Below the pieces are notes generated by a model. It ran no database searches, had not been told where the DNA came from, and was given only the letters and a program-made list of their open reading frames with translations. Positions 30,055-40,334 of a stretch of 64,000 nucleotides of DNA are shown in pieces; position 1 is the first letter of the stretch, and every line of letters starts with the position of its first letter. This DNA comes from Acidobacteriota bacterium (lineage in GTDB: Bacteria > Acidobacteriota > UBA890 > WLXD01). A program made the position numbers and the translations under genes. The stretch lies in assembly GCA_965205505.1 (NCBI GenBank), contig CBDBHB010000008.1, positions 1,088,001 through 1,152,000 on the forward strand. Direction: 5' to 3'.

Positions 30055-30793
30055 CTACCTGGTGGCGAGGAACATCTCGTGTGCCCCCGGTTCCACCTCG
30101 GAGTGCCCGAATGGCAGCACCGCGGTGCCGACGAAGCCGACGTCGGCCAGCATCGCCAGCCAGTCATCTCGCGCGAACAGGCCACAGGTCGCATGGTCGT
30201 GTTCTACGCGTACCGTGCCGTCAGCCGATCGAAGCATGTACGCCATGTCGTGCGTGTAGCAGCTGTCGTCGGGGTCGGGGTCGGAAGTCCACTCCAGGTA
30301 GCGCAACGCTCGCCCGTCGCCGTCGTGTCCGCCATGATCGGTCGAGGGACGGAAGTTCTCACGCAAGTGATCCGGGCACACGAGCGCCGCGCCGCCCGGT
30401 GTGCAATGCTCGAAGGCGGTCTGCAGGGCGGCACGCAGGTCGTCGGCGGTCGCCATATAGTCGACGGCGTCGTGAATGAACACGGCGTCGAATTGGCGAC
30501 CCAGGCGCACGGTACGCATGTCGCCCTCGAAGTGCTCGCACTCGGGATTGAGCGTCCGGCTCACCTCCAGCATCCCCGGCGAAAGGTCGACCAGGGTGAT
30601 GTCGAAGTGGGCCTTCATATGAGAGGCGTTGTTGCCTCCGCCGCTGCCCCAGCTCGAGTAGCGATCTCGGTGCCTGTTCGAGCGCTTCCACCAGCGCTCT
30701 GCGGTAGATATCAGCTTCCTCGGCATAGTCCTCGGGCGCCGACAGCAGCGGCCACCACGAGGCCAGCTCGCCGTAGAGCTTTGGAAATCCCAT
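30055..30793 (-). pseudogene. Class I SAM-dependent methyltransferase, frameshifted near 30648
   Basis: MGFPKLYGELASWWPLLS...LLELG continues as SGGGNNASH...VDLSPGML...GDMR in another frame. The break is in a 4-base homopolymer. Confidence 0.85.
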
Positions 30794-30957
30794 GGTGACA
30801 TTCCAGCACAATCGCGGCTCGTCGTCGGCCGGCCAGCGAGCTAGTGGCTGTAACAGAGCACTAGTCGTTTCGTTGGTTCGAGTTGTCCATGTCCGAGAAG
30901 ATCAGCCAGCGCCCGTCGGGCCCGTGCGCATAATGTCCTCTAGACTCCCGTCGCTGT

Positions 30958-31165
30958 CTAGCTGGCTGTGGGCTGCTCCAGCCTGTCGGCGATCCACTGA
31001 TTGATGCTCTTCCCATCGCGCCTCGCCGCCACATAGATATGGCGATGGAGCTCCGACGACAGTCGCAGCATCAGCCGGCCCGAGAAAGGCTTGTCGGGAT
31101 GCGGCCGATGGGAAACGGCCCGAACGCCGTTGAGATAGATGCGGACCCGCGATCCCCGTCCCTTG
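30958..31165 (-). pseudogene. Collapsed hicA-hicB toxin-antitoxin remnant
   Basis: GSRVRIYLNGVRAVSHRPHP (HicA-like) fused in frame to DKPFSGRLMLRLSSELHRHIYVAARRDGKSINQWI (HicB C-terminal RHH). Confidence 0.72.
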
Positions 31166-31193
31166 GCAGCTTGCCGATCGAATCTTCGGCCCG

Positions 31194-32447
31194 CTAGCTC
31201 CACTGGCGCCATCCCATCCAGCCGAAGAACGCGATGGCGCCCAGCAGCGCCGCGACCGTCGGCTTCCTGTTGGCGAGGTCCCCCACCCACTCGCGCCGGC
31301 CATTGAGGATCAGCAGCACCAGCGCGAGCATCGGAATAAACATCGCACCGATCACGGCGTAGAGTTTTTGCACCTCCCTGAAGCTCATCAGCAGGCCGAG
31401 CGTCGGCACCATCGCGATTCCCAGCAGGTAGCCTCGGTAGGGAGCCGATCGTGTGTCGATCGCAACCCCTGGCTCTTGACTCCCGGCCGGGTCGGGACTG
31501 CGGATGAACAGACGCCAGACATCAGCAAACAGGTACGGTACCGACTGCCACACGCCCAGCAGGCTGCTGAAGACGGCGCCAAACGCACCGATCAGGAATA
31601 GCCAACGGCCCCAAAGCCCCAAGGAGCCCTCGAGGCTATCGGCGAGCGACACGAGCAGCCCGGCGCCCTGGCCCTCGATGCGTACCGTGGTCCCGATGAT
31701 CACCATGGCGATCCCAAAGAGGATGGTCATGGCATACGCCACCCCCAGATCAATGCGGCAGGTCGCAAGATCACCTGGCCCCACTCGTCCCTTCTCACGG
31801 ATCCAGTAGCCATAGCACAGCACGGTCAACGTGCCGCCGACGCCGCCGATCAACGCCACCGTCCAAGTGATGCCCTCCCCGCCTGCGGCAGGGATCGTGG
31901 GAACGAACAACCCGCGGAGCACCTCCCCCGCCCCCGGAGACAGCAGAGCCCCAGTCAACAGGACAGTGCCGAACATCACCGCGATGCAGACGCTCATCAC
32001 CTTCTCGAACAGAACGAATCCGCCCACCCAAACCAGCGCCAGCCCGGTCAGGCTCGACAGAACTCCAAAGGCGATCTTGCCGTCGGCCGCGTCGTCGAAG
32101 ATCGGCACCATGGCGTGAAGCGTGACGCCGCAGGCGCTCATCAACGCCGAGCCGACGAAGAACGACCACAGGAGCAGGTAGGGCAGAAACAGCCAGCCCA
32201 CAGCTCGACCCAGTCGACGGGCAATCCCTTCGAGGAGTGTCTGCCCAGTCGCCAGCTGCCACCGCGTCAGCCCCTCATTGAGCAGGAACTTGAGGAACCC
32301 GCCGACGACGACGGCCCAGAGCACCGCCGTCCCGAGCTGACTACCCGTGAAACTCGCGGTGGCAAGATCGCCGGCCCCGACACCCGTGGCGGCCACCAGC
32401 AGCCCGGGCCCGATGACCGCAAACAAGCTCCGCCGATTCCAACTCAC
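31194..32447 (-). CDS. Nramp-like/APC superfamily transporter
   Basis: GPGLLVAATGVGAGDL, many hydrophobic segments and IGGVGG. Confidence 0.82.
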   Translation of the reverse strand: MSWNRRSLFAVIGPGLLVAATGVGAGDLATASFTGSQLGTAVLWAVVVGGFLKFLLNEGLTRWQLATGQTLLEGIARRLGRAVGWLFLPYLLLWSFFVGSALMSACGVTLHAMVPIFDDAADGKIAFGVLSSLTGLALVWVGGFVLFEKVMSVCIAVMFGTVLLTGALLSPGAGEVLRGLFVPTIPAAGGEGITWTVALIGGVGGTLTVLCYGYWIREKGRVGPGDLATCRIDLGVAYAMTILFGIAMVIIGTTVRIEGQGAGLLVSLADSLEGSLGLWGRWLFLIGAFGAVFSSLLGVWQSVPYLFADVWRLFIRSPDPAGSQEPGVAIDTRSAPYRGYLLGIAMVPTLGLLMSFREVQKLYAVIGAMFIPMLALVLLILNGRREWVGDLANRKPTVAALLGAIAFFGWMGWRQWS

Positions 32448-32580
32448 GGGGATCTATTCTATATAGCTTCGAGAAACTGACGGATTCTCTTCTTGGTCAG
32501 ATAGAAGCCGGCTAGTGCTGCGCCCCCAACCGCCCCGAGTAGTCTGGTCGCGACATCAAGTGGTTTCCGGGCGCCTGGCC

Positions 32581-33605
32581 CTACCGACGTATGTGGCTGC
32601 CGAAGACGCGACGCTCGACAGCCTCGACGATCTGCTGGCCGTTGGAGCTGTTGGTTCAACAGCGCGTACCCGAGGTTCTCCTCGACCCCATACATGAAGT
32701 CGGCGATGAAGATCACGTTGTTGCCGCCGTGGTAGACGTACCGGCGCGACCGATCCGTCACGATGCCCAGGCCCAGCCCCCAGCTGAGCTCCCGATCGCC
32801 ATCCGTCTCGACACTCACAGCAGAATTCGCGAGCGCGGAGTACGGCCCGCCGGAACGAATCTCCGAAGCCAGATGCGTCCCGAACGCGGCGAGATCTGCG
32901 GCTGTCGTGTGCAGCGTCGAGCTGGAGAGCGGCACATGAAGCTCCCATTTGTCTGGGCTGCCCTCACCATCATGACCGAGTGAATGTTGCGCCGGATCTC
33001 GGTGTCGAGCAGGAAGCTGCTGCGGGCCATTCCCAGTGGCTCGAAGACCCTTTCCGTCGCCAACTCATTCAGGCTCTTACCGGTCATCTCTTCCACGATC
33101 CGCTGCAGGAGAACGTAGCCCTCGCCGGAATAGCGGTACTCGGTGCCCGGGTCGTCGACAAACTCGAGCCGGTCGCCGGGCGCAAAGAGCTCGGAGTAGC
33201 TTTCAGCGGCGAGATTCAAACGGCTGCGCCAATTGGGCAGCCCGCCGCGATGCGTCAGCAGGATCCGCGCGGTGAGGCTTGCGGCGCGCGCGTCGTGGGC
33301 GAGCTCCGGAATCTCTGGCACCAGCGCAACGAGGGGTGCGTCGAGCTCCAGCGTCCCGTCGCGCGCCAGCGAATAGACGACGTATGCGAATACCGGCTTG
33401 CTGATGGATGCGGCCTCGAACGCGGTACCCGCATCGATGGGCTCGAGGGTAGCGAGCCTCTTGGAACCGCCGACGTGCTCGTAGAGAAGACCCTCGTCGT
33501 TGAACAGGGCGAATCCGAGACCGGGCACTCCCTTCTCGACGATGAGGTCATCCAGGAACGGACCCAGCGCCTCGAACTCGACTGAAGGGCTGGGGTTCGA
33601 GCACG
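32581..33605 (-). pseudogene. Serine hydrolase (beta-lactamase family), 5'-truncated and multiply frameshifted
   Basis: VPGL, ASISK (SxxK), LLTHRGG, YSGEGY, FEPLGM and YHGGN spread over several frames, ending ERRVFGSHIRR*. Confidence 0.78.
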
Positions 33606-33737
33606 GCGCACGAGCTCGCTGATATGCTCGAAGTACTCGTCGAACGGCACCCAGTAGTCAGGCGCGAGAATCGAGACCTTGTAACCGAAGCGATCGAGGT
33701 TGAGCGTCAGCGACGATGAGCTCGTCGTGGGTGGCCC

Positions 33738-35000
33738 TCAACGCTCGGGGTCGGTAACTCCCCCCGTTTCGACCGCCGTGGCCGCGAGCGCCTTGACCGC
33801 GAACGTCGTGCCGGCGTGCGTCAGGAAGTTCGAGGTTGTGAAGCTATTGCGTATGGATTGGGTCCACCAGTAACCCCCAGCCCGCTGGTTCGCCTTCAAC
33901 CAGCCGACACCGCGCTGGATCGCGGCGTGCGACGCCGGCACGCCGGCCTGTCGCAGGACGTACATGACGAAGCCGGTGCCGTAGCCATCACTTTCGACAG
34001 TAACCGGGGGATCGGTGTCGAGCCCCTTGCGCATACGCCATACGCCGAGCTTTCCCGAGGCCCAGCCACCGTCGTCACGCTGCAGATCGAGAAGCTCGTC
34101 GATCCAGCGTTGGCGATCGGCGTCGCTGACCAGCCCCTCGTTGACGCTGCCGGCCCACAGCAGCATGCCGCGGTTGTGGGCGAACTCGGGCGGGTTCGCG
34201 TCGATGTGGTCGCGAATCCTGCGCATCCCCTCCACGGCGGCGTCAGTGCTGGCGTAGTCGCCCGGAGCCATGCCGGTAGCGATCGCCATCAGCGTGACGG
34301 GCCACTGGCGATCGTAGAACGGCGGCCAGTTGGATACAAACCCAGTCCAGTGGCCCCCTTCGTCCTGTAGCGACCAGGCGCGGTCGAGCGCCTCCACGGT
34401 GATGTCGCTGAGCTCTTTTTCACCGGACTGGGCCTCGTTGATGGCCAGAAACGCAGACGTGCCAACGACGTCCGGCACGTCTGGGGCGGGCGCATCGTTG
34501 CCAGGCACGTCGTTGGCGCGCCAGGAGCGCACGAAACGGGCAGCCTGACTGTGTACGATCTCGAATGCACGGCGCTCGCCGAAGATCTCGGGCGGCGCCG
34601 TGAGATACAGACCGTTCGTATGGCATGTGACGCAGCCGTACTTCTCACCCCACGTCACGGCAACCCGATCGAGGAAGCTGGCGGCGCGCTCCATCGAGAA
34701 CGTGTCGGCGAGAGCGTCCTCACGCGCGTAGGGTCCTAGCTCCGCTGACGCCAGCAGCGTTGCGAGCTCCTCATTGCTCATCGACTCGGTGTCGGGGATC
34801 GCGACGTCGGCGGCCTGCTGCGCCTGGATCGGCGGATGCGACGCTGCGTTGACGGTCGCGGTCGTGCTCAGCACCGACACCGCCACCAGCAGGACAGCCG
34901 CCAGCACTCCCGCCAGTGCCAGACCCGCTCGGACCTTCGTGGGCTCGTCGCCAGGTGGTCGTAGTTCGGTCCGATCCCCGCCGTGTCGATCGTCGCCCAT
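33738..35000 (-). CDS. Membrane-anchored prenyltransferase/squalene-cyclase repeat protein
   Basis: LQDEGGHW, LQRDDGGW and NQRAGGYW QW-type repeats, SDGYGTG and CVTCH. No DXDD cyclase motif seen. Confidence 0.75.
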   Translation of the reverse strand: MGDDRHGGDRTELRPPGDEPTKVRAGLALAGVLAAVLLVAVSVLSTTATVNAASHPPIQAQQAADVAIPDTESMSNEELATLLASAELGPYAREDALADTFSMERAASFLDRVAVTWGEKYGCVTCHTNGLYLTAPPEIFGERRAFEIVHSQAARFVRSWRANDVPGNDAPAPDVPDVVGTSAFLAINEAQSGEKELSDITVEALDRAWSLQDEGGHWTGFVSNWPPFYDRQWPVTLMAIATGMAPGDYASTDAAVEGMRRIRDHIDANPPEFAHNRGMLLWAGSVNEGLVSDADRQRWIDELLDLQRDDGGWASGKLGVWRMRKGLDTDPPVTVESDGYGTGFVMYVLRQAGVPASHAAIQRGVGWLKANQRAGGYWWTQSIRNSFTTSNFLTHAGTTFAVKALAATAVETGGVTDPER

Positions 35001-35199
35001 CGTCGTTCTCCTGTCTGTGTGAGCTCGTCTTGTCGGATGCAGCAATCGCGCGCTTGGAGCTACGCCACCCTACCATGTCGGCTGCGCTAACGGCCGGACC
35101 AAGTCGGATCCCTGACGACATCTACAACCAGGGACCGACCTCGTCAGAGTGAGCCAGCTTGCGCTCAGCCCCTTCGAGGGCTTCGCACGCACGTATTGC

Positions 35200-36453
35200 T
35201 CAGAAGGTGTCCGTCTTGAGCTTGAACGTGTCGGCCAACTCCGGGCTGCGATCGTCCCCCACGACACGATGTGCCACGTAGTCGCCCATCATGATGCCGT
35301 GTTTGTAGCCGTGGCCGGAGCCGCCGCCGACGATCCAGACGTTGTCCATCTCTGGATGGCGGTCGACGATGAAGTTCTCATCGACACTGTTCTCGTATTG
35401 GCATACACGCGACTCGAGCACCGGCTGGTCCGCGAGAGCAGGGAAGGCGTGCGCCACGAACTGGCGCGCCTGCTCGATCTCCTCGGCGGTTACGACCCGC
35501 TCGTCGGTGTCCGGATCGAACGGGATGCTGTCGAAATAGGGTGCCACCTTCCAGCCGCGGCCCTCGATGCTCGGGAAACCATAGGCGCCGCGCATCCCCC
35601 ATGTCGGACAGTTGGGGTAGATGAACCGGTTGTCGTCGGTCGGCACGCCGTACCAGAAGGTGATCCGGCGCGGAGTCTGGAGCTTGTTCTTCATCACGGA
35701 GGGAAACACCTTCGGCAGCCATGGCCCGCACGCGAAGACGAACGTGTCTGCCGACACCGGCTCGCCGGTCGAGAGCTCGAGCTCCAGTAGCTTGCCTCCG
35801 GCGCGCCGCCCGGGCTTGGCCCTCGCAGTGACCAGCGTGCCGCCCTCACTCTCGAAGGCACCCGCGACGGCGAAACAGGCACGCCGTGCCATGAGCACAC
35901 CGGTGCTGGGCACAGAGAACCCGAATTCGAACTCCTGGTGGTTGAACTGAGGATAGCGCCGAGACAGCTCGTCGTGAGGCACGATTTCGTTGTCGATCCC
36001 GTGCCGATCGAGCACTTCCTTGGAGGCTCGCAGGTACTCGGACCATTGGCGCGCGAGAGTGAGCTGACCCGTACGGTAGAAGAGTGGCCGTCCACCCCAC
36101 TCCCTCTGGCGCGCTTCCCAACGGTCGAACGCCTGCACGACCCATCGGGTGTAGATCTCGCGTTCGCCATATTGGGTGCGGATCTGCCGACTCTCCCCGC
36201 CGGAGGCCGCCCTTGCGTTGCCTGCGCCATAGGCGTCGATGAGGGTGACCCGATGCCCCATCTCTCGCAGATAAAGGGCTGTCCAGCCGCCGAACGCTCC
36301 CGCCCCGATGACCGCTACGTCAGCCGTCGACGCGGCCGCCGGTCTGGACGTATGCACCGCGGTGGCCGCTGCTTGCAGCCCTTTGGTGCCGCCCAGCGCC
36401 AGCGCGCCAGCCCCGGTGAGCTTGAGGAACGTGCGTCGATCATGCCGCGACAT
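35200..36453 (-). CDS. Tat-signal FAD-dependent amine oxidase, monomeric sarcosine oxidase/DAO family (copy 2)
   Basis: Colinear paralogue of 1034..2287 with VCQYENS and GGSGHGYKH. True start is MSRHDRR at 36453. Confidence 0.88.
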   Translation of the reverse strand: MSRHDRRTFLKLTGAGALALGGTKGLQAAATAVHTSRPAAASTADVAVIGAGAFGGWTALYLREMGHRVTLIDAYGAGNARAASGGESRQIRTQYGEREIYTRWVVQAFDRWEARQREWGGRPLFYRTGQLTLARQWSEYLRASKEVLDRHGIDNEIVPHDELSRRYPQFNHQEFEFGFSVPSTGVLMARRACFAVAGAFESEGGTLVTARAKPGRRAGGKLLELELSTGEPVSADTFVFACGPWLPKVFPSVMKNKLQTPRRITFWYGVPTDDNRFIYPNCPTWGMRGAYGFPSIEGRGWKVAPYFDSIPFDPDTDERVVTAEEIEQARQFVAHAFPALADQPVLESRVCQYENSVDENFIVDRHPEMDNVWIVGGGSGHGYKHGIMMGDYVAHRVVGDDRSPELADTFKLKTDTF

Positions 36454-36530
36454 GGCCCTGCTCCAAGGTTGGTAGTGATGCCCGGCTGCTTGCAGGGCTC
36501 CCACGGCCCACAGCCAGGGGTGGTACCTGG

Positions 36531-37580
36531 CTACCTGTGCTCCTCGCTTGTCTCCTGATAGCGCGCGCCGCTCAGGGTGTGAGAGAGCGAGTAGTTCCCC
36601 TCGTGACACGCATACTCGTAGAGTTGGTCGTTGAGGCGCTCGAACGGAACCTGTCCTCCCCAGACGCTGTCGTACATCGTGAGGTCGTCGATCATGAACT
36701 TGTAAAGAATGCTTTCTTCGGCCACCCGGGTAAAGCGTTCGATGACCCTGCGATCTTCCGAGGGAGGGACACCGCGGAGCGCGTGATCGGGATTCAAGTT
36801 GGTGGTCTCGACCACCAGCGTGTCCCCTTCCCAACGACCCCACGAGTCACCGAACCAGGGACGAATGTCGTTCGGAAGCGGTGCGGGCTCACCGAGCCGG
36901 ATGATCCGGACGTCGTGCACCATCTCCGTCATGATCATCACGTGATCGGCGTTCTGCACGATCGTGTAGTTGCTGAGGTAGAAGTAGTTGGGGAGCATCG
37001 GCGGACCGGCGTTGGAACCGAACGATACGAGGCAACGGTCCTCCAGCGGCAGGAGCTCGGGATGATCGTACGGGCCGAACTCGCTCTTGAGCTCGGCAAG
37101 CACCTCGATCCGCCGGCGTCCCTCCGGCGTCAGCTCCGGCACGCGGCCATCCGCCGGAGTCGTGATCAGCGAGCTCCTGGCCACCCCATTCACGACCGCC
37201 ACGCGGTCACCGGCCTCGGTCGGCGCGGCGCCCTCGGCAGCGTCAACCCCGTCTCCAAAACGTCTCCAATAGCCATTGTCAGTCAGCACCTCCGGGCGAT
37301 GGCTGGGCGCCTGGCCCGCCTCGATTTCCGTAACCTGTTCCGGGCTGAGAACGGGCCCCAGTCCTTCCGGGCGCTGCACAGGGGTAAGCGTGGCGTTGGT
37401 CCAGTTCCCCTGGAGATCCGGGTGGCCGTGCGGCGTCCTCGGCACCTGCCACGCCGCGGCGTCGGAAGCAGCACTCTGCGCCGCCGCGGTCGACCACAGC
37501 GTCGCCGCCGACAACGAGATCACAGCAGCGGCCATGGCACATTGCCTGAGCGCCAGCGAGGTGCAGAGATTCGCCTTCAT
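36531..37580 (-). CDS. Conserved exported hypothetical protein
   Basis: Signal peptide, VPRTPHGHPDLQGNW, GDSWGRWEGDTLVVETTN and YEYACHEGNY. Confidence 0.8.
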   Translation of the reverse strand: MKANLCTSLALRQCAMAAAVISLSAATLWSTAAAQSAASDAAAWQVPRTPHGHPDLQGNWTNATLTPVQRPEGLGPVLSPEQVTEIEAGQAPSHRPEVLTDNGYWRRFGDGVDAAEGAAPTEAGDRVAVVNGVARSSLITTPADGRVPELTPEGRRRIEVLAELKSEFGPYDHPELLPLEDRCLVSFGSNAGPPMLPNYFYLSNYTIVQNADHVMIMTEMVHDVRIIRLGEPAPLPNDIRPWFGDSWGRWEGDTLVVETTNLNPDHALRGVPPSEDRRVIERFTRVAEESILYKFMIDDLTMYDSVWGGQVPFERLNDQLYEYACHEGNYSLSHTLSGARYQETSEEHR

Positions 37581-37917
37581 CTTTACCCGGGATTTCCCAG
37601 ATGACCCTTGTCGAATCACGCTCTTGGCTTGGCCAGTACTGGGACGCCTGGAATCGACCCCTGATCGTTGGGCTCCTCAAGGGATTCGCTGCGCAAACAA
37701 TACCACCCATCATGAGCTGTAATCCCTTGCCCTCGAGCGGCTACGAGGTACTGCCTCCCTGTCCGCGCAGACTGCTGCTGGGGCCGGGATCAAAGATCCA
37801 TCTGGGGAATCCGGGCTATTATCTGGGAGGATTTCCATCTGCCGCATCCCGCCCACGGATGGCGGCCCGCACCGCGCGGTCGATCCCCGCGACCCGTGAC
37901 GATGGAGGCGAGTAAGG

Positions 37918-40332
37918 ATGCCGAGCTTCGAGCGCCGGCGGCGTATGCCGCGACCTGGTGCGATCGCAGCGCTCACCGCTGTCGCGTCCGTGTCCGCGAT
38001 CGTCCTGCTGACGACCGGCTGTGGCCCGGGAGCGTCTCCGAAGGCGACCCTCGACGAGCTCCGCGGCGACCGCAAGCTCAACGTCCTGCTGGTGACGCTC
38101 GACACGACGCGCGCCGATCGTATCGGCGTGTACGGCTTCGACGAGGTCGACACACCGGTCATCGATGGGCTTGCCGCCCGCGGCGTTACCTTCATGCGCG
38201 CCTACGCCTCGACGCCGCTGACGCTGCCCTCGCACACCTCGCTGTTCACCGGAACCCACCCGCCTTACCACGGGGTACGTGACAACGGCGCCCACATCGC
38301 CGCGGAAGAGCTGCAGACCCTGGCCGAGAGCTTCCAGGAGGCCGGCTACCGCACCGGCGCCTTCGTCGGAGCTTTCGTCCTCGACTCGCGCTGGGGCCTG
38401 GCCCAGGGGTTCGACCGCTACTTCGACGATTTCGAGCTGCCCAAGCAGCGATCGATCTTTCTGAGCCGCTTGCAGCGTTCCGGATCGGAGGTCATCGACA
38501 CCGCCCTGGCGTGGGCCGGAGAGGACGACACCACCCCGTTCTTCATGTGGGTGCACCTGTACGATCCGCACTCCCCGTACGATCCGCCCGAGCCCTTCAG
38601 GTCTCGATACGCCGACCGGCCGTACGTCGGTGAGATCGCCTGGACCGACTCCTTGGTCGGCAGGCTGACCTCGTGGCTGGACGACTCCGGCCGCTCCGAC
38701 GAGACCTACGTCGTGGTAGCAGCCGATCACGGCGAAAGTCTCGGTGAGCACGGCGAAAACGAGCACGGCCTGCTGCTGTACGAGTCGGCCATCCGGGTGC
38801 CGCTGATCATCGCCACGCCGTTCGACAAGCCGCAGGGCATCCAGCGCCATGAGCTGGTCTCGTTGATCGACGTCATGCCGACCGTGTTGGAGTTGACCGG
38901 GCTGGAGATCCCCGAAGAGGTACATGGCAGGAGCCTGGTACCCCTGTTTACCAACGACGCCGAGGTCGAGGGCGGGACCGACGAGCGCGTCTATGTCGAG
39001 ACCTTCTACCCGCGCCTGCATTTCGGCTGGAGCGAGCTTCAGGCGATCCTCGAGCCCACCCACAAGCTCATCATCTCGCCCGAGCCAGAGCTCTACGATC
39101 TCGTGCAGGACCCGGAGGAGCAGCAGAACCTCGCATCGCAGCGCGCCGCCACGGCAGAGGCGCTGCGCCGGGAGGTCGAGGAGCTGGTGGCGCGGCTCGA
39201 GGAGAACGGCACCCCGGCGGCCACCGCCACGCTCGACCAGGAGAGTCTCCGGCAGCTCGCCGCACTCGGGTACATCGGCGGCTATAGCGCCGACGCAAAC
39301 GATCCAGACGTCGAGCGCGCCAACCCGAGGGACAAGATCGAGATCTACAACGACCTGCTGAGGGCGCACCGGCTGATCGTCCAGAACGAGCTGGCCGAGG
39401 CCGAGGTGCTTCTGCGGGGGGTCATCGCCGAGGATGCCGGAGTGGTCGATGCGCACCAGTCGCTCGGCAACCTGCTCTTCGACCAGCTCCGCCACGACGA
39501 GGCGGTCGAGGCCTTCGAGAGCGCACTCTCTATGCGGCCCGAGGATGCGGTCCTGGTGCGCTTGCTCACCAGCACGCAGATACAGGCCGGTCGGATCGAC
39601 GAGGCCGAGAAGGTGTTGCTGGACTTCATCGACGTCCTGGAGCCGGATGCCCGGCTGTACATCAGCCTCGGGCGCATCAAGGAGACCCGGGGCTCCTACA
39701 CCGAGGCGGCGACCTATTTCAACGAGGCGGTGCGCCTCAGCGAGGATGCCCCGACGAACAACATCAGGGCCGCCGCGCACCGCGGGCTGGGGGCCGTCCA
39801 TCTGGCCGCCGGCCGGCCGCGCCTGGCGGAGGAACACCTGAACATGGCGCGCGACTTCAACGACAGCCTCGCCGATCTGCACTTCCAACGGGGGTTGCTG
39901 TTCGAGGCCAGGGGACAGCCGGACGAGGCGATCGGAGCCTACCGCCGTGAGCTCGAGAACGCTCCGCGCAACATCAGGGCCGCCTTCAAACTCAGCGTCA
40001 TCTACCGCAACCGCGGCGACCTCGTCGACGAGGAACGCTACCTGCGTCTGGCCCTCGAGATCGACCCGCAGTTCGCCAGTGGGCGCCTTTTCCTCGCCCG
40101 CATCTACCTGGTGAAGAACGAGAGCCTCGACGAGGCCGTGTCGCTCGTCGAGGGGGCGCTGGAGCAACTCGAGTCGTCGACGGCGCGTGGGGTGCCGCAA
40201 GAGAGGACCAGGCAGGACCAGGTTCTGGGCCATCTCTTGCTGGCGGATATCTACAATCGACTCGGGAGAAACGAGCTCTCCAACCAGCACGCGCGTCTTG
40301 GCATGCAGCTCCGAGACGGGACACCACGCTGA
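37918..40332 (+). CDS. Sulfatase-like (alkaline phosphatase superfamily) lipoprotein with C-terminal TPRs
   Basis: Lipobox-like TTGC, VLLVTLDTTRAD, PLTLPSHTSLFTG, HLYDPH, ADHGESLGEHGE and LAALGY, then TPR helices. Confidence 0.88.
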   Translation: MPSFERRRRMPRPGAIAALTAVASVSAIVLLTTGCGPGASPKATLDELRGDRKLNVLLVTLDTTRADRIGVYGFDEVDTPVIDGLAARGVTFMRAYASTPLTLPSHTSLFTGTHPPYHGVRDNGAHIAAEELQTLAESFQEAGYRTGAFVGAFVLDSRWGLAQGFDRYFDDFELPKQRSIFLSRLQRSGSEVIDTALAWAGEDDTTPFFMWVHLYDPHSPYDPPEPFRSRYADRPYVGEIAWTDSLVGRLTSWLDDSGRSDETYVVVAADHGESLGEHGENEHGLLLYESAIRVPLIIATPFDKPQGIQRHELVSLIDVMPTVLELTGLEIPEEVHGRSLVPLFTNDAEVEGGTDERVYVETFYPRLHFGWSELQAILEPTHKLIISPEPELYDLVQDPEEQQNLASQRAATAEALRREVEELVARLEENGTPAATATLDQESLRQLAALGYIGGYSADANDPDVERANPRDKIEIYNDLLRAHRLIVQNELAEAEVLLRGVIAEDAGVVDAHQSLGNLLFDQLRHDEAVEAFESALSMRPEDAVLVRLLTSTQIQAGRIDEAEKVLLDFIDVLEPDARLYISLGRIKETRGSYTEAATYFNEAVRLSEDAPTNNIRAAAHRGLGAVHLAAGRPRLAEEHLNMARDFNDSLADLHFQRGLLFEARGQPDEAIGAYRRELENAPRNIRAAFKLSVIYRNRGDLVDEERYLRLALEIDPQFASGRLFLARIYLVKNESLDEAVSLVEGALEQLESSTARGVPQERTRQDQVLGHLLLADIYNRLGRNELSNQHARLGMQLRDGTPR

Positions 40333-40334
40333 CG

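Noticed and set aside
16560-30660. Programmed frameshifting as the cause of the split genes
   Set aside because: No common slippery sequence or stimulatory structure, and the families are unrelated.
37819-40290. 823 aa minus-strand ORF
   Set aside because: Antisense shadow of the sulfatase-like TPR gene.
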